From the NCBI GenBank assembly GCA_963705305.1, contig OY970067.1, positions 4,320,001 through 4,384,000 on the forward strand: a DNA stretch of 64,000 nt, read 5' to 3'. Within the stretch, counting starts at the first letter, position 1, and each line of letters opens with the position of its first letter. Made by a program: the position numbers and the translations under genes. Under the pieces are notes generated by a model. It was not told where the DNA came from and made no database searches. It was given only the letters and a program-made list of their open reading frames with translations. Positions 28,777-38,874 of the stretch are shown piece by piece. Source of the stretch: an uncultured Methylomirabilota bacterium (lineage in GTDB: Bacteria > Methylomirabilota > Methylomirabilia > Methylomirabilales > 2-02-FULL-66-22).

Positions 28777-30093
28777 TTATACGCCCAGCGTAGTGGCGCC
28801 CCTGAGCCCGCTGGGAGTTGTTGACGAGAGCGGTGTCGACTTCGAATCGACCCTGCCATTCGATGGCAATGGCCGAGCCGAGGAAGGACTCGGCAACGAC
28901 CGGATGTGATCAACCCCTCGGCTTACAGCCGAGGGTCGTTGAGTTCGCTCAAGGAGATCCGCATACAGCTCGGCATGTCGGAGCGCGCTGGCCGATGCAG
29001 AGTGCCGCTCTTGAACCCGCCGCCTGGCGGCCTCGCCGTACTCCCTGGCCCTGATCGGATCGGCCAGCATGCTCATGATTGCCTCGGCGAGGCTACTGGC
29101 GTCGCCTGCGGGCACCAGCAAACCCGTCACACCATCCTCGATCAGGTCCCGGATCCCGCTCACGTTCGTTCCAACCACCGGGATGCCGGCGGCCATGGCC
29201 TCCATCATTGCTCTCGGCATCCCCTCCCACAACGAAGGGAGGGCGAACACATCCATCGCCGCAAGGTACGGTCTCACGTCTACCTGCTGGCCGACGCAGA
29301 CGAACGCAGATTCCAGGCCTCGATCTGCAATCTGCCGGTGGATCTCCAGTGCCTTCGGCCCGGAGCCCACAATGAGGAAGTAGACATCGGGTCGCGTCCG
29401 ACGAATGCAACCAGCGGCCTCGATCAGGTACGGGTACCCTTTCTGTTCCTTGAATACCGCAACTGTGCCGACCACGGTGGCCGATTCGGGAACGTTCAGG
29501 AGTTGCTGCTTCGTACGCGGATCCCTCTCGATCTCCCGGAGACCATCTAGATCCACGCTGTTGGGAATCAGCACGATCTGTTGAACGGGAAATCCTTCTG
29601 AGAGGAGACGGTCCTTGACATCCTCCGAGAGAGCAATGAGCACATCTGCCCATCGTCCGGTCCATCGGTCAAGACGGGAAGCGAGAACGGCTACCGCACC
29701 CCCGTACTCCCCCCGATACATCTCCCGGTGCAGGTTTCGGATGCTCGAGACGATCACCGGAGTGCCGGCGAGGCGACCTGCCAGGCGGCCAACCCAGTCG
29801 GCCCGGCTCAGGTTCGTGTGCAGCACCTCGATCCGCCCTTGCTTGAGAATTCGAGCCAGGCGGTACACAGTGCGCACATCCCACAACCCCCGCATGCCGA
29901 GGCACACGTGCGGGACGCCATGCTTCAGCAGCAGCGCCTCCATCGTCGGATCGGCGGCCGAGAGGCTGCACGCCAGGGATTGGACTCGGTCCGCTGGCAG
30001 ATATCGCATCAGAGCAAGCATGCCGCGGCCAGGCCCGTCCAGCCTAAAGGCGGGATTCAGATGAAGTACCCGGATGGGTAGGCGATCAGCCAT
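28777..30093 (-). CDS. GT4 glycosyltransferase
   Basis: QKG, PSLWEGMPRAMMEAMAAG. Confidence 0.9.
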   Translation of the reverse strand: MADRLPIRVLHLNPAFRLDGPGRGMLALMRYLPADRVQSLACSLSAADPTMEALLLKHGVPHVCLGMRGLWDVRTVYRLARILKQGRIEVLHTNLSRADWVGRLAGRLAGTPVIVSSIRNLHREMYRGEYGGAVAVLASRLDRWTGRWADVLIALSEDVKDRLLSEGFPVQQIVLIPNSVDLDGLREIERDPRTKQQLLNVPESATVVGTVAVFKEQKGYPYLIEAAGCIRRTRPDVYFLIVGSGPKALEIHRQIADRGLESAFVCVGQQVDVRPYLAAMDVFALPSLWEGMPRAMMEAMAAGIPVVGTNVSGIRDLIEDGVTGLLVPAGDASSLAEAIMSMLADPIRAREYGEAARRRVQERHSASASALRHAELYADLLERTQRPSAVSRGVDHIRSLPSPSSARPLPSNGRVDSKSTPLSSTTPSGLRGATTLGV

Positions 30094-30156
30094 GCGCTCC
30101 CGCAGGGATAGCTTCGAGGCGGATGGGAGAGGGGTCTGGCCTACCGATGCACTCAG

Positions 30157-31624
30157 CCCGAACATTGCAGTTGAGTTCAGGAATTCTCCTCCGCCAGAGC
30201 AACTGCATTGCAGTTGGGAACCCACGTCAAGAGGCGATGGAGGTGGTTGAGGAACCGCTGCTGCCATGCGGGCGCCCGGGAAAGCCGGAGGACAGCCTGG
30301 CGGCCCACGCGGCCGAGGATGGCGCCGCAGGCGAACACCGTGACCCGAAGCGTGCTGAGCGTCCGACGGACAGACGCAGCCAACGCCCCCTGGAAGGCCT
30401 CGACGAGGTTGTAGAGCAGGCAGATCGCCCGAAGGGCCGCTTCGGTCGCCCAGAACCGCCGGGAGCAGAAGCCGTCCGCGCCGAAGCTGTACTTCAGTTC
30501 CTTCAGCCGGTTCTCGGTATCGGCCCGGCCGTTGTAGGTGCGCCAGACATCCTCGGGCGCGGCCGTGAGGGTCGTCACCACCGCGTGAAAGCGGTAGCCG
30601 GGCGCGTGGAAGAGTTCTCGCCCCCGGGCCGTGGGGCGCCGGGCGAGCTCCTCGCGGACGACGACCAGGCCCCGGGCCGTGGTCCAGCGCAGGGCTCGGT
30701 AGGCGATCTCCCCCACCTCCAAGCCCGGGGCGAAGGGGCGGAAGGCCAGCCGGTAGGTGGCCGCTTGCAGCGGGTTCGTGAACCGCGCGGCGACAATGTA
30801 GGGCAGGTGCGCGGCTTCCACCGCCAGGAGGAACGCCTCATCAAAGAAGCCGCTGTCGGCGCGGACGAGGCTGATGGCCACGTGGGCGGGGAGGAGCGCG
30901 CGGACCTCGGTGAGGAAGGCGGTCGCGCCGCGGGCGGCCCCGGTGTTCCCGCTCCGCAGCCAGACGTGGGCGAGGCCGCGAGCCTCCGCCAGGACCGCGA
31001 AGAGCGGGTGGTGGGAGGGCCGGCCGCGCTTCTTGGGGTTGTAGCCCTTCAGCGCGCCCTCCTGGGTGCCGTACCGCTCGAAGACGCTCGAGTCCAGATC
31101 GCGCAGGGTCCCCGTGGCCCGGTGCGGCAGGCGGGCCAGGCAGCCGGCGAACAGCGGGGCGAAGGTCTCCGTCACCGTCTTCGCGGTGAACCGCCGGAAG
31201 AACCGGGTGAAGGTCGCCGTGCTCGAGAAGCGCCGCAGGGCGAAGAGCTGGCGGATCGGTTCATCAGCGCGGAGCACCGCGAGGTGCGCGAAGCGCCGGG
31301 CGCCGGCGAGGACCCCGGCGAAGAAGGCCAGGAGGATCTGGTGGGGCGGCGTGGCGTTGGGGGACGTCACCGTGAACGGGAGGGCAGCCTGGAGCGTCTC
31401 TGCCAGCCCGATCCGCTGGGCGAAGGCGATGAAGAGCGCGAGCCCCCCGAACGCGGTCACCGGCTTGTCCGTGAAGGTAATCCCGATTGCCTTTTGCCCG
31501 TCCATCGGCGTAAGCTCGGCCTGCATCGTTTTGTCCTCCCTTCGCTAGGGTGTGAGGTATGGCAACCCCACGTTAGCAAAGGTTCAGGGCAAAACGATGC
31601 GCTTTTTTGACTGCAACGTTTGGG
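30157..31624 (-). mobile_element. IS1380-family insertion sequence
   Basis: TIRs cccgaacattgcagt / cccaaacgttgcagt; 5-bp CTCAG target duplication (30152-30156, 31625-31629). Confidence 0.88.
30177..31526 (-). CDS. IS1380-family transposase
   Basis: DLDSS, GYNPKKRGRPSHHPL, RADSGF, YNGRADTENRLKELK. Confidence 0.9.
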   Translation of the reverse strand: MQAELTPMDGQKAIGITFTDKPVTAFGGLALFIAFAQRIGLAETLQAALPFTVTSPNATPPHQILLAFFAGVLAGARRFAHLAVLRADEPIRQLFALRRFSSTATFTRFFRRFTAKTVTETFAPLFAGCLARLPHRATGTLRDLDSSVFERYGTQEGALKGYNPKKRGRPSHHPLFAVLAEARGLAHVWLRSGNTGAARGATAFLTEVRALLPAHVAISLVRADSGFFDEAFLLAVEAAHLPYIVAARFTNPLQAATYRLAFRPFAPGLEVGEIAYRALRWTTARGLVVVREELARRPTARGRELFHAPGYRFHAVVTTLTAAPEDVWRTYNGRADTENRLKELKYSFGADGFCSRRFWATEAALRAICLLYNLVEAFQGALAASVRRTLSTLRVTVFACGAILGRVGRQAVLRLSRAPAWQQRFLNHLHRLLTWVPNCNAVALAEENS

Positions 31625-31695
31625 CTCAGTCATGATCGCTGCTCCCACAAGAAAAGGTAGCAAGAAGTCATTCGGAAGCCCCCCGTAGTGAGTTG

Positions 31696-31995
31696 TCACC
31701 GGGTTCCCGGCGTCGTGGTGCCACACCGGCCCTTCTTTAGCGGGAGGCCGGGTTCCGTGCAATCGAGGGCCTGGATCTGGCTCTTCTCATCGACCCACAT
31801 CACCAAGGGATTATCCGGCGGTTTCAGGTACAGCCCCACCACGACGGAACACATCCGCCGCGACGTGTTCCAGAGCGTCCCGGACCTCACCGCTGCTATC
31901 GGGTCCTTCATCGCGCACCGCACTTGGCACCAGCCGTCGTTCACGTGTAGGGTCAAGGTCGAGGACATTCTGGTGAGAGTGGCACGCGCTCAGGC
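31696..31995. pseudogene. IS630-family transposase remnants (two pieces, opposite strands)
   Basis: Minus: LYLKPPDN...[11 protein letters not shown]; plus: [16 protein letters not shown]...[10 protein letters not shown]. Confidence 0.7.
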
Positions 31996-33555
31996 GGTTC
32001 GCCCAGACTCTCCAATACGCGCGCCACTCGTCCCCGGGGTCTGCTCGAGGGGCCGGTACTCGACGTGTGAGCGGTAGCCTTCCGAAGCCTTGAATGGGAC
32101 GTACATCCTTTGCGTGTAAATATCTTCCAGGTGGACGCGCCCATGTCCGTCGTAGGAAATCTCGATGTTCTCCGGTGGCACGGTCGTCAGCGGCAAGGCG
32201 GCGAGCGTGAATGCGTTTGCGATCTGCGGAATCTTCCGCCAGTCGAAGCCCATGATAGCGGTGGCAACAGCATCGAGAGCCACCGGATTTCCTGCTCCAA
32301 GCAGTAAGCCTGCCGAGACCGGGTCGGGCGAGAGAGGACTTTCCCCCTCCCCACCGATGATGCCGTCAACGATCGCCAGGAAGCGCAGGTCCCGGCTCGG
32401 AGCGTCGCCCATGACCAGATTTCTACGATCAAAGTAGAAAAAGGCACGATTGACATCTAACACGGTGCGCCAGAGGGTGTCATTGCCATGCCAGGCTCCT
32501 CCGCCGATGGACTTTAATTCGCGCAGAGGCACTCCCATGAGGAACATGGCCAATGCCACTACCTTGGTCATGGCGTTGAGCCCGACCTTGACGACGCCCC
32601 CATCGTGCTCCCAGGCCCGATGGGCCAGCGCCCAACGCAATTCGCAGAGAGCGCCGCGATAAGGGTACTCGTCACCTCCCGAGCGAGAACTCCCATAGCG
32701 GAAATGAGGGAGGTAGTCCTTGTGGCCATTAACCCCGACCAGATTCTTCATCGCACAGGTTATGCCTGCCTTGCAATGCGTCTTGAGCTTAGGAAGATTG
32801 ATGACTACGTCTGCTAACAGGAAATCGCGGGGAACGATGAAGCGATGGGATTCCTGCGTATGAGCTCGCTGGAGATTCTCCGCAGCATAATCGGTCACGC
32901 CGAAGGGGACCGGTCCCGTTATCGGGTGCAGCAGGCTCTTCTTTCCGAGTTCGACCTCCAAGTAATCGGCGAGGGGAGAGTCAAAGCATCCACTGCGGAA
33001 GATGACCCCGCCGATCCGCCTAGCTGTCGCCAGACGGTAGTCGCGTACCTTGAGTTGGCAGCCAGGAAAAGCGCGGCCGAAATGCTCCTGGATTCCACCC
33101 GCACCAACCGTGTCAAGAAGTAGACTCCAATCGGTGGTCTGCAGCGGGCAATCGCCGAGGATAATCCGCCCCTGGCCGCGCAGAGCCTTTCCGGTGTAAT
33201 CGAGGACGGCGCGAATCACGCTGCCGTGAGTGACAAGGCTGTCAGCGTCGTCTTCCCTCCCAGTTGCATTGCGAAGTCGCCGATGGCTGACAAAGTTCGG
33301 CTTCAGCAGCACGGTGTTGCCTGGCTTGATGAGGTCGCCGAGGGGGTTCCACTCGGGGGTGCCAAAGCGGATCGTGTCAAATCCCAACACATGGAATAGG
33401 CGGCGGACTCCGCGATAAACAGGGTTGTCCTCGCTCCCCACAACGGCGCCTGGCCACTCCGGAAATTCCTCGGAAGGATGAAACGGCGATTGCCGCGCGT
33501 ATCTGCTCTTCTCCTTTACGATGGCAACGTGTCCGTTGGAAAGCATGTCACTCAT
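31990..33555 (-). CDS. DUF362 domain protein (long form)
   Basis: LLKPNFV, NLPKLKTHCKAGITCAMKNLVG, DGIIGGEGESP. Confidence 0.8.
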   Translation of the reverse strand: MSDMLSNGHVAIVKEKSRYARQSPFHPSEEFPEWPGAVVGSEDNPVYRGVRRLFHVLGFDTIRFGTPEWNPLGDLIKPGNTVLLKPNFVSHRRLRNATGREDDADSLVTHGSVIRAVLDYTGKALRGQGRIILGDCPLQTTDWSLLLDTVGAGGIQEHFGRAFPGCQLKVRDYRLATARRIGGVIFRSGCFDSPLADYLEVELGKKSLLHPITGPVPFGVTDYAAENLQRAHTQESHRFIVPRDFLLADVVINLPKLKTHCKAGITCAMKNLVGVNGHKDYLPHFRYGSSRSGGDEYPYRGALCELRWALAHRAWEHDGGVVKVGLNAMTKVVALAMFLMGVPLRELKSIGGGAWHGNDTLWRTVLDVNRAFFYFDRRNLVMGDAPSRDLRFLAIVDGIIGGEGESPLSPDPVSAGLLLGAGNPVALDAVATAIMGFDWRKIPQIANAFTLAALPLTTVPPENIEISYDGHGRVHLEDIYTQRMYVPFKASEGYRSHVEYRPLEQTPGTSGARIGESGRTA

Positions 33556-34976
33556 TTCTGTCGGTCCAAGCGTTCGGTCCGCGCCGACACTTTAGAGATC
33601 GTGAAACGGAACTTACCCGAGGGCAGCGGCGCGATGTCGGGAACGTATTCCAGCTGGACGTCGCAATCATTGCCCATGGCCGCCTTGGTGCCCGCGATGA
33701 TCTCCTCAACTTCCTGCTGCGGAAGACGGCGACCGTCGCTCACCAATAGGTATTGCACCTGGTGGAAATTCGTCTGAACGATCTGGAATTTGCGTACACA
33801 ATCGCGGAAGTACATCAAGTGAGTGAAATACTCGCCATCGACGAGCGTGCCGTCTGTGCGAACGAAGACATCAACGGTGCGACCGACGAGACGATCTAGT
33901 ATCTGGCCCCGCCGCCCACAGGGGCACGAACCTTCCGGGGCGAGTACTCCCCTGTCACCGATGCGGTATCGGATCAGCGGCATCGCATAATTGATCAGCG
34001 ACGTGACCACGATTTCGCCCTCGGTCCCCACCGGCACCGGCGACCCCGCCTCATCGAGAACTTCGACGTACGCAGACCAGGGCGCGACATGAAGGGCCCC
34101 CCTGTAGCTGCACTGGCACGCGACGTCACCAACCTCACGTGAACCGTAGCGGTTGAACACGCTGGCGCCGAAGGCCGCTTCGATCGTCTTGCGCATATTG
34201 GGCAACAGGATTCCCGCCGAGGTGATGATGCCCTTGGGGGCAGTGATCTTGAGGTCATGCTTTAGGGCGAAGCGGGCCAACTCAAACGCTGACTGGGCAT
34301 AGGCGACGACCAGTTTCGGCTTGAAGCGGTTGATGATGTCCACATATCGGACCATGTCTTCGCCGGACATACGGAACGCGTTCACGAACCTCGTGTTCGT
34401 CAGCCAGTTTTTCACGTGGTTCCTGAAGCCGATCGACCCCTTCAGGATATCCCTCTCTGAGCCCCAAAGGCGCAACTCCCGCTCGCCGATCTCCTTCCCA
34501 GCCCAGCGCGAAAAGGTGGCAGTCACCGCGAGCTGCTTGCCGGCGTACTCCGCATCCTGGATCAGCACCACAGGCTCGCCCGTGGAGCCCCCCGAGGTGT
34601 TTCTGAACCACTTGCGACTTTTCAAGTCACGCGAACACAGATTCGCGCCAAGTTTCCGAATCAGGTCCTTGCTGAGCAGAGGCATCTGACGCAACTGGTA
34701 AAACGGGTCCTTCACGCGGCCCCCTGGAGGAGCAAATGTTCCGAAATAGGGAACGTTGCGGAATGCATGCTCCAGAATGGCAATGAGCCGCTGCGTCAAT
34801 AAAAGCGGGTCAATTCCAGCCCGGTCATCGTCGGCGATTGCCCGATGGAAGGGCCCCACCACGTAACCGCGCAGGGCGTTCAGCCCGAAATACAACGGTC
34901 TTCTCCAGGACACTAGCACTCCCCGTTCCTGAGGTTCTCCAGCGGAGCAGCCAAAAAAAGCGAGAGGGCCGCGCAT
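33552..34976 (-). CDS. Phenylacetate-CoA ligase/CapK-like adenylate-forming enzyme (start uncertain)
   Basis: TSGGSTGEP, YGSREVG, MPLIRYRIGD, SGKFR. Confidence 0.85.
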   Translation of the reverse strand: MRGPLAFFGCSAGEPQERGVLVSWRRPLYFGLNALRGYVVGPFHRAIADDDRAGIDPLLLTQRLIAILEHAFRNVPYFGTFAPPGGRVKDPFYQLRQMPLLSKDLIRKLGANLCSRDLKSRKWFRNTSGGSTGEPVVLIQDAEYAGKQLAVTATFSRWAGKEIGERELRLWGSERDILKGSIGFRNHVKNWLTNTRFVNAFRMSGEDMVRYVDIINRFKPKLVVAYAQSAFELARFALKHDLKITAPKGIITSAGILLPNMRKTIEAAFGASVFNRYGSREVGDVACQCSYRGALHVAPWSAYVEVLDEAGSPVPVGTEGEIVVTSLINYAMPLIRYRIGDRGVLAPEGSCPCGRRGQILDRLVGRTVDVFVRTDGTLVDGEYFTHLMYFRDCVRKFQIVQTNFHQVQYLLVSDGRRLPQQEVEEIIAGTKAAMGNDCDVQLEYVPDIAPLPSGKFRFTISKVSARTERLDRQK

Positions 34977-35176
34977 AAAACGACAAGGACTGCCTCTGGT
35001 CGGCGCTTGTTAGGAGAAAATCCGAAAGTTCCACTGAATTGAAGCCAAGAAAACTTCAGCCCCTCCACCATCCTAACCCCCTATTACTCGGACGAGGCCG
35101 CTCCGAGCTGAACCTTCTGTTGCGCCTACCCTATGCAAGTTATCCGTTGTTTGAAAAGCTGAGAGCTCAATCAACC

Positions 35177-36679
35177 CTAAACGGAACGGGCGGATTCATC
35201 GACAATTTCAAGATCAAGAGAAGCTCGAACCCCCTCGATAATCCCACCCGTCCGTTTCTTCCATCCATCGGCCACTCGGATCATCGCGATCGCCAACCAA
35301 ATTTCACGCTGCGTATCGTCAAGGCCGCTCAAGCCAAATGCCATTACTCCAACTACGACAGCGGTAATGAACAGCATCGACCGCCGGGTTTCATCAGGAA
35401 GTCGGACATCTATCGCCATTCGGTGTCCTCGGATGAATGCCGTCCCCCAAAGAAATACGATCAACATTAGCCCTACAATCCCTTCCTCCGCCATCACCTG
35501 GAGATAGGCATTGTGTGCGAACCCGATCGTGGTTTCCAAAACCCGAAAATTACCCGCACCAACGCCACCAAACGGATGATCGCTCCACATCTGCAAGGCG
35601 GCCTCTTGGACGTATCGTCTCTCGACGATGGACTCGTCCTGGGTTCTTCCCAGCAGGGATATGAGGGACACCGTACGCTCCCACGCGAGGTCCCTGAAAT
35701 GAAATGGATTCACCACTGCGAGACACAAAGCGACCATCAATGCAAACCCCACGTGCGATTGCCGGATGCGGAGGAGTCTCCCCAGGGAACGTGCATTTAT
35801 CCAAACAATGTATGCTAACGTTATAAAGGTAGCAACATACGCCCCACGCGAGAAAGAAAGCGCGATTGCCAACAAATTTACTCCTGCGATCAGACCTTGA
35901 AATAGTTTGCCTCCAGGGGGGCGAGTCAGCGACCAGTTTGCCATGGTCCCTGAGAGGATGAAGCAGGCCGCAGTGTTTGCCTCGTAAAAGAGCGCGCCGC
36001 CTCGCAACCGTGGGTCAGCAAGAATGGCCGCCGAAACGCCTTGCTCCGCGACAACCAGCCGGCCAACTGTCAGGTACTGAAAAATCACCATGACGGAACT
36101 AACCAGAGAGGCTAGAGACCAACCCAAAAGCATCTGCTCTCGCCAACGAGAGTTCCAATGCTTCGGAAACACCGCGAGGCTCCGAACATAGAAGTATAAT
36201 GCTACTGGGATGGCAAGCTTCGCGATCTTCAGAGCCGCCTCGACATGATCATACGCCCATGCAACTGAGAGAAGGCTCCACATCCCATACAAGAGAGCCA
36301 GTTGATCCAAAATATGCCACCGGAGACTGCCATTCGAGGATCGGAATGGGGCTGCGACAACCACACGACCGGAGATGGCCAGGAGTGCCCCAAAGAAAAC
36401 CAAATCCGGCACTCTTACATTCAGTGGTAGACTGGAGAGGATCGGGATAGGCAAGAGCCGGAATCCGAGAGAAAACGCCACAAGAAAAGGAAAAACCTGC
36501 TCATGAGCCACCAGCCCCAGGATCATTACCGCTATCAGCCCGAGCGGTATCAGTAACAACGACTGGGACTGAACCACTTCCTCGGTCACCCATCCAGCTC
36601 CAAGCAGGCAGAATCCTCGCCAGAGCCATCTCCTGGTGCCTTCCCTGCCGTCGATATGGTGTGCGAATAACCTCAACAT
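35177..36679 (-). CDS. O-antigen ligase/polymerase (Wzy_C) family protein
   Basis: Many TMs; SFSRGA, HPFGGVGAGNF, AHNAYLQVMAEEGIVG. Confidence 0.85.
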   Translation of the reverse strand: MLRLFAHHIDGREGTRRWLWRGFCLLGAGWVTEEVVQSQSLLLIPLGLIAVMILGLVAHEQVFPFLVAFSLGFRLLPIPILSSLPLNVRVPDLVFFGALLAISGRVVVAAPFRSSNGSLRWHILDQLALLYGMWSLLSVAWAYDHVEAALKIAKLAIPVALYFYVRSLAVFPKHWNSRWREQMLLGWSLASLVSSVMVIFQYLTVGRLVVAEQGVSAAILADPRLRGGALFYEANTAACFILSGTMANWSLTRPPGGKLFQGLIAGVNLLAIALSFSRGAYVATFITLAYIVWINARSLGRLLRIRQSHVGFALMVALCLAVVNPFHFRDLAWERTVSLISLLGRTQDESIVERRYVQEAALQMWSDHPFGGVGAGNFRVLETTIGFAHNAYLQVMAEEGIVGLMLIVFLWGTAFIRGHRMAIDVRLPDETRRSMLFITAVVVGVMAFGLSGLDDTQREIWLAIAMIRVADGWKKRTGGIIEGVRASLDLEIVDESARSV

Positions 36680-36955
36680 CTCCCTCGTTGAAACTCAGCG
36701 GTTTCCCAATGGATCCTGGGGATACCGAAACACCCCTGCCAGCCTCCGGGTTTGGATGTATGGTACCTCGCCTGTATTGCCATACTCTGAGCGGTAAGCC
36801 TCCCGAACAGTCGCGATCTCCTCAATTCGTGATGGTACAGCGGGGCACCGCGTCCTCTCCTTCTCGGCTAACGCGCTGACGTCCCCGCCGCCTACTACTA
36901 TATCCACTATCGACACTCACTAACAGAACACTCATACCTGCGCTCCACTGGCCTT

Positions 36956-37906
36956 CTACACCTGATTACGCGCTCTGACGATCATGCTCCGGACCCGCTT
37001 AAGCAGCAGCAATAGTCTGAAACCCAGAAATGTCTTACCGATCTCAACGTAGGCCCTACCCTGGAACGGACTGAATCTGATAGATCTAACCAGTTCCCCT
37101 CTTGCAGCTCCCATCTGGCCATTCCTGCGCAAGCGGTTTCCTGCAAAGTAAGCTATGGTCGATTCACATCGACGCCAATGCTTCAGGACGTAACCTCTCT
37201 TCCGTGGGTCTGCAAGCAAGTCGGAATATATCTTGCTCAGGCTATTCCTCATGTCTCGAGCGCTAAGGGAGTTGTGCCTACTGTCGGGGGTCACACGCAC
37301 CTTTACAAGCGCATCCGGAGCAAAATCATATACATAATGGAACGCGAGCCGAAGCCAAAGATCCCAATCTTCTGAAAACGCCGAATCAGCGCGAAATGGT
37401 AACTCTTCTTCGAAGCAGGTCCGCCGAAGAAGAACAGCGCTCGCCGATCCTGTCACAACATTGTCAGTCAGCAGTTGTTTTAAGATCCGTCCTCGGTGCC
37501 TCGCCCTCTGGATAGAAAGAATGTTGCCGCTAATGTCCACATTGTACGCACTACAATAAACAACGTGGACACCAGGATTCTTCAGAAGAGCGAGCTGTTT
37601 CTCGAGCTTTAGTGGAAGCCACTCATCGTCGGAGTCCAGAAACGCCACGTATTCTCCTGACGTAGCCTCAAGACCAATATTTCGCGCAAACCCGACACCC
37701 CTCCTGTTCCCGGATGGAACCCTAATGTACCTCATCCTTCCTGCGAAGGCTGAGAGACGCTCAGGTGTATCATCGGTTGATCCATCGTCAACGACAACGA
37801 TTTCCGTGTCGGCCTTCGTCTGGCTCAAAACGCTCTCTACGGCCCGCACCACGGCGCCACCGCGATTGTAGGTCGGTATGATCACACTCACCTGCGGCCG
37901 CACCAT
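36956..37906 (-). CDS. GT2 glycosyltransferase
   Basis: VIIPTYN, VDDGSTD, FLDSDD, EDWDLWLR. Confidence 0.92.
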   Translation of the reverse strand: MVRPQVSVIIPTYNRGGAVVRAVESVLSQTKADTEIVVVDDGSTDDTPERLSAFAGRMRYIRVPSGNRRGVGFARNIGLEATSGEYVAFLDSDDEWLPLKLEKQLALLKNPGVHVVYCSAYNVDISGNILSIQRARHRGRILKQLLTDNVVTGSASAVLLRRTCFEEELPFRADSAFSEDWDLWLRLAFHYVYDFAPDALVKVRVTPDSRHNSLSARDMRNSLSKIYSDLLADPRKRGYVLKHWRRCESTIAYFAGNRLRRNGQMGAARGELVRSIRFSPFQGRAYVEIGKTFLGFRLLLLLKRVRSMIVRARNQV

Positions 37907-37940
37907 CGATTCCCCATTGCGTGGAGGGCATGCTACGCTT

Positions 37941-38818
37941 AGAGCTTATCCGTGAATGACGATTATCTTTCGAAACACGGTGAGTGCACAGGCTAACCGC
38001 CGAAACGCCAAGTGACTGACGCTCAGCTTCTCCAAGCGCGCGAGCAACTTGCGGAACCGATTCACTCAGGAGAGCGTGCGCTTCACTCCCAGCTGGGGGA
38101 CATCCGTGTGTCCGCCATCACCCTGCCGTTGCTCGCCGAGACCTGGACCAAGCCGCCGCCCGCGAACGGGGAGGTGCGGGTCCGGGCCGATGCCGCGTTC
38201 TTCGACCGAAAGATCATCGACGCATTGGAGGCGCGACGTGCCTCACCGACGCCATCAAGCGGGGCCTAACGAACCTGCGCTACCAACGGGTCTCGAGCGA
38301 GGTCGCCGCGGCAGAGTTTCTCTACCAGCCTCAGGGCTGGCTCGGGGGCCGCCGGTTTGTTGTGATCCGGCAGCCAGTCTCCGAGAAGCCGTCCTGAAGT
38401 TCCACCTGTTCCAGGTGGGCCGCATCCGCTACCAGGACTTCGTCATCAACCTGTCCTTGCAACCGCTCAAGGGCCGAGCTCATTATCCGCGAACTCAAGG
38501 AAGCCTACGCCCGAGGCAAGCCCCTCACCCGCGACTTCGCGGCCAACCTTGCCTTCTTTCCCCTCATCCCGTTCGCCTACAACCGTTTGAACTAGTCCAC
38601 ACGGTACTGCGCGCCGCTTGACTTCGCCCGGACCAATTTGCCGCAGCTTCGCCAGTGTCTCTTCGTTGCCCACGCGCTGCTCGTTCGACTAGCGCCTCGG
38701 CCGACCCTGCGACCGGCCGCAAGCCACCCCTCTCAATGGGCTTTCTGGAAGGCCATCAAATGGATTGTCCCCTTCGGTCTCCCTGGAAAGAATGACAGTC
38801 TTCACGCCAGATTCAGGT
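37941..38818 (+). pseudogene. Decayed IS1380-family element
   Basis: Frame-broken pieces RADAAFF, YQPQGW..RRFVVIR, AELIIRELK; 3' end ttcacgccagattcagg. Confidence 0.65.
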
Positions 38819-38874
38819 TAATCTGGGCTGCTCCGCTCGGAACAGCGCGTTAATGACGCTTGCATTCGTGTTCA

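Noticed and set aside
36695..36916. 73-aa ORF between GT2 and the ligase-like gene
   Set aside because: No recognisable motif; may be a remnant, but there is not enough support to call it.
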